From: an uncultured Actinomycetes bacterium
GTDB taxonomy: Bacteria; Actinomycetota; Thermoleophilia; Gaiellales; JALYLC01
Direction of reading: 5' to 3'
DNA length: 64,000 nt
Assembly (NCBI GenBank): GCA_963743275.1
Contig: CAVUPB010000001.1
Location: forward strand, 7,776-71,775
The number at the start of each line of letters is the position of its first letter. Positions within the stretch are counted from its first letter, which is position 1. Both the position numbers and the translations under genes were made by a program. The notes below the pieces were generated by a model. That model did not search any database, had not been told where the DNA came from, and worked only from the letters and a program-made list of their open reading frames with translations. Of this stretch, positions 62,371 to 64,000 are shown piece by piece.

Positions 62371-64000
62371 ATGGGGCCTTTGAACCGCCACCGCCTGTGG
62401 CAGGTCGCCGTCGACGCCGTGCTGATCGGCATCGCCTGGTACGCCACCTACGTGGTCGGGTTCCAGATCCAGCGCAATCCCGGCTGGGATGCGTACTGGA
62501 AGCAGACGATCGCGATCGTGATCGTGATCAAGCTCGTCTGCCTGGCCGGCTTCGGGGCCTACAACAAGTGGTGGCGCTACCTCTCGCTGCGCGACGTCAA
62601 CGCCCTGCTGCGCGCCGTCGGCATCGCCAGCATCGCGTTGCTGCTGGCGCTCTCGCTCGTCAAGTTCCCGCGCGGCGTGACCATCCACCCGGAGGCTTCG
62701 GCCGGCCAGAAGGCGCAGCTCGCTGCGCCGACCTGCGAGACGGTCAAGGTCGCCGGCTGCGTGTACCAGACGAAGAAGGACGGCATCGCCGCGAGCCTCG
62801 CGCCGCGTCCGGCCCGTGAGCGCGCGCCGTCCAAGCGCGCGCTCCTGCTCGATCTCGTCTTCACGCTGATCCTGCTGGGCGGCGCGCGCGTGCTCACGCG
62901 CTCGCTGATGGAGCGGCCCCGGCGCGGCTCGTTCGTCACGCAAGGCAAGAAGGTGCTGATCGTCGGCGCCGGCGACGCCGGCAACCTGATCCTGCGCGAG
63001 ATGCTCTCGAACCGCCTCGCCGGCTACACGCCGATCGGGCTGATCGACGACGACCGCAACAAGCTGCGCTACCGCTTCCAGGGCGTCAAGGTGCTCGGCA
63101 CGACCGCCAACCTGCCCGAGATCCTCAAGGCGCGCCGGCCCGACGAGGTGCACATCGCGCTCCCCTCGGCCGGCGGTCGCCGCCGTGCCGCCGTCGTCGC
63201 GATGTGCCGCGAGGCCGGCGTCCCCGTCAAGACGCTGCCGAACGTCAACGACCTCGTCAGCGGCGACACCGACCTCGTCGCCCAGCTGCGCGCCGTCCAG
63301 GTCGAGGACATCCTCGGGCGCGAGCCGGTGTCGCTCGACCCGGCCGCCATCGGCGCCTACGTGCGCGGCCGCACCGTGCTCGTGACGGGCGCGGGCGGCT
63401 CGATCGGATCCGAGCTCTGCCGCCAGCTCGTGCGCATGGAGGTCGGCCGCCTCGTGCTCGCCGACCACGCCGAGAACAACCTCTTCCAGATCGACCGCGA
63501 GCTGCGCGACTCGACGCAGATCGAGATCGTGCCCGAGATCGCCGACGTCCGCGACCCGGCGCGCATGGAGGCGGTCTTCGAGCTCCACCACCCCGCCGTC
63601 GTCTTCCACGCCGCGGCCTACAAGCACGTGCCGCTGATGGAGCAGCACCCCGTGCAGGCGCTGCGCAACAACGCGCTCGCCACGCGCACGGTCGCGCGGC
63701 TCGCGGCGCGTCACGGCGCCGACCGCTTCGTGCTCGTGTCGACCGACAAGGCCGTCTACCCGAAGACGGCGATGGGGGCGAGCAAGGCGCTGGCCGAGTG
63801 GGTCGTCGAGGCGCTCGGCCAGGCCGAGACGGAGACGACGTTCGTCGCGGTGCGCTTCGGCAACGTGCTCGGATCGTCCGGCTCGGTCGTGCCGATCTTC
63901 CGCGAGCAGATCGCGCGCGGCGGGCCGGTGACCGTCACGAGCCCCGAGATGACGCGCTACTTCATGACGATCCACGAGGCGGCGCAGCTGATCGTGCAGG
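62371..64000 (+). CDS. Membrane-anchored nucleotide-sugar 4,6-dehydratase/epimerase (CapD/PglF/WbpM-like), partial at the right edge
   Basis: Not in the track because there is no stop in the window. My translation from ATG 62371 gives four TM segments, then VLIVGAGDAGNLILRE...VLVTGAGGSIGSELCRQL...FHAAAYKHVPLME...STDKAV...MGASKALAE...RFGNVLGSSGSVVPIF. Confidence 0.9.
   Translation, partial: MGPLNRHRLWQVAVDAVLIGIAWYATYVVGFQIQRNPGWDAYWKQTIAIVIVIKLVCLAGFGAYNKWWRYLSLRDVNALLRAVGIASIALLLALSLVKFPRGVTIHPEASAGQKAQLAAPTCETVKVAGCVYQTKKDGIAASLAPRPARERAPSKRALLLDLVFTLILLGGARVLTRSLMERPRRGSFVTQGKKVLIVGAGDAGNLILREMLSNRLAGYTPIGLIDDDRNKLRYRFQGVKVLGTTANLPEILKARRPDEVHIALPSAGGRRRAAVVAMCREAGVPVKTLPNVNDLVSGDTDLVAQLRAVQVEDILGREPVSLDPAAIGAYVRGRTVLVTGAGGSIGSELCRQLVRMEVGRLVLADHAENNLFQIDRELRDSTQIEIVPEIADVRDPARMEAVFELHHPAVVFHAAAYKHVPLMEQHPVQALRNNALATRTVARLAARHGADRFVLVSTDKAVYPKTAMGASKALAEWVVEALGQAETETTFVAVRFGNVLGSSGSVVPIFREQIARGGPVTVTSPEMTRYFMTIHEAAQLIVQ

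Noticed and set aside
60571-63975. 1134-aa minus-strand ORF; likewise 14048..16687 (-), 1278..2783 (-), 51901..53304 (-), 53892..55598 (-)
   Set aside because: All lie antisense to genes with clear family motifs and GC3 bias on the other strand. Their translations are low-complexity.
1-64000. Prophage, transposon, integron, toxin-antitoxin or phage-defence island
   Set aside because: I found no integrase, transposase, recombinase, phage structural genes, nuclease/helicase/ATPase defence-type genes, terminal repeats or tRNA attachment sites. Base composition looks uniform.

Overview
Very GC-rich chromosomal segment (by eye >70% G+C, strong GC3 bias), consistent with an Actinomycetota-like bacterium. 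I support about 60 protein genes. I saw no rRNA, tRNA, CRISPR array, transposase, integrase or recognisable defence genes. Many long antisense ORFs in the track are high-GC artefacts. Left to right: a partial histidine kinase; a GH26 hydrolase; a molybdopterin (bis-MGD) oxidoreductase operon (FeS/NrfD-like fusion, catalytic subunit, TorD-like chaperone) whose first two genes need about 12 frame changes; a sulfur module (SulP, two rhodaneses, an MBL-fold enzyme, ArsR); a second GH26; a roughly 12 kb ABC-transporter-dependent glycan locus (GT2 and GT4 genes, a GT2-deacetylase fusion, polytopic membrane proteins, Wzm/Wzt); a MarR regulator divergent from a deiodinase-like thioredoxin-fold gene with an in-frame TGA at the catalytic position plus a SECIS-like hairpin (candidate selenoprotein); a long minus-strand operon (small uORF, ECF sigma, ZAS-type anti-sigma, cysteine-dioxygenase-like cupin, cupin, small protein, RnfD-like/FG-GAP/ASPIC giant protein); a hydantoinase/carbamoylase/dipeptidase operon; a split ThDP decarboxylase with amidohydrolase, SDR and a sugar-type ABC transporter; secreted repeat proteins; a Ppm1-like GT2; and a cluster with a tandem-duplicated methyltransferase, a Cys-less MurI-like protein, an unknown-domain-GcvT fusion and an argininosuccinate-lyase-like gene. 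The window ends in a DegT aminotransferase and a PglF/CapD-like dehydratase (partial). Non-coding items: tandem palindromic operators, a roughly 160-nt extended hairpin, and twin REP-like palindromes.
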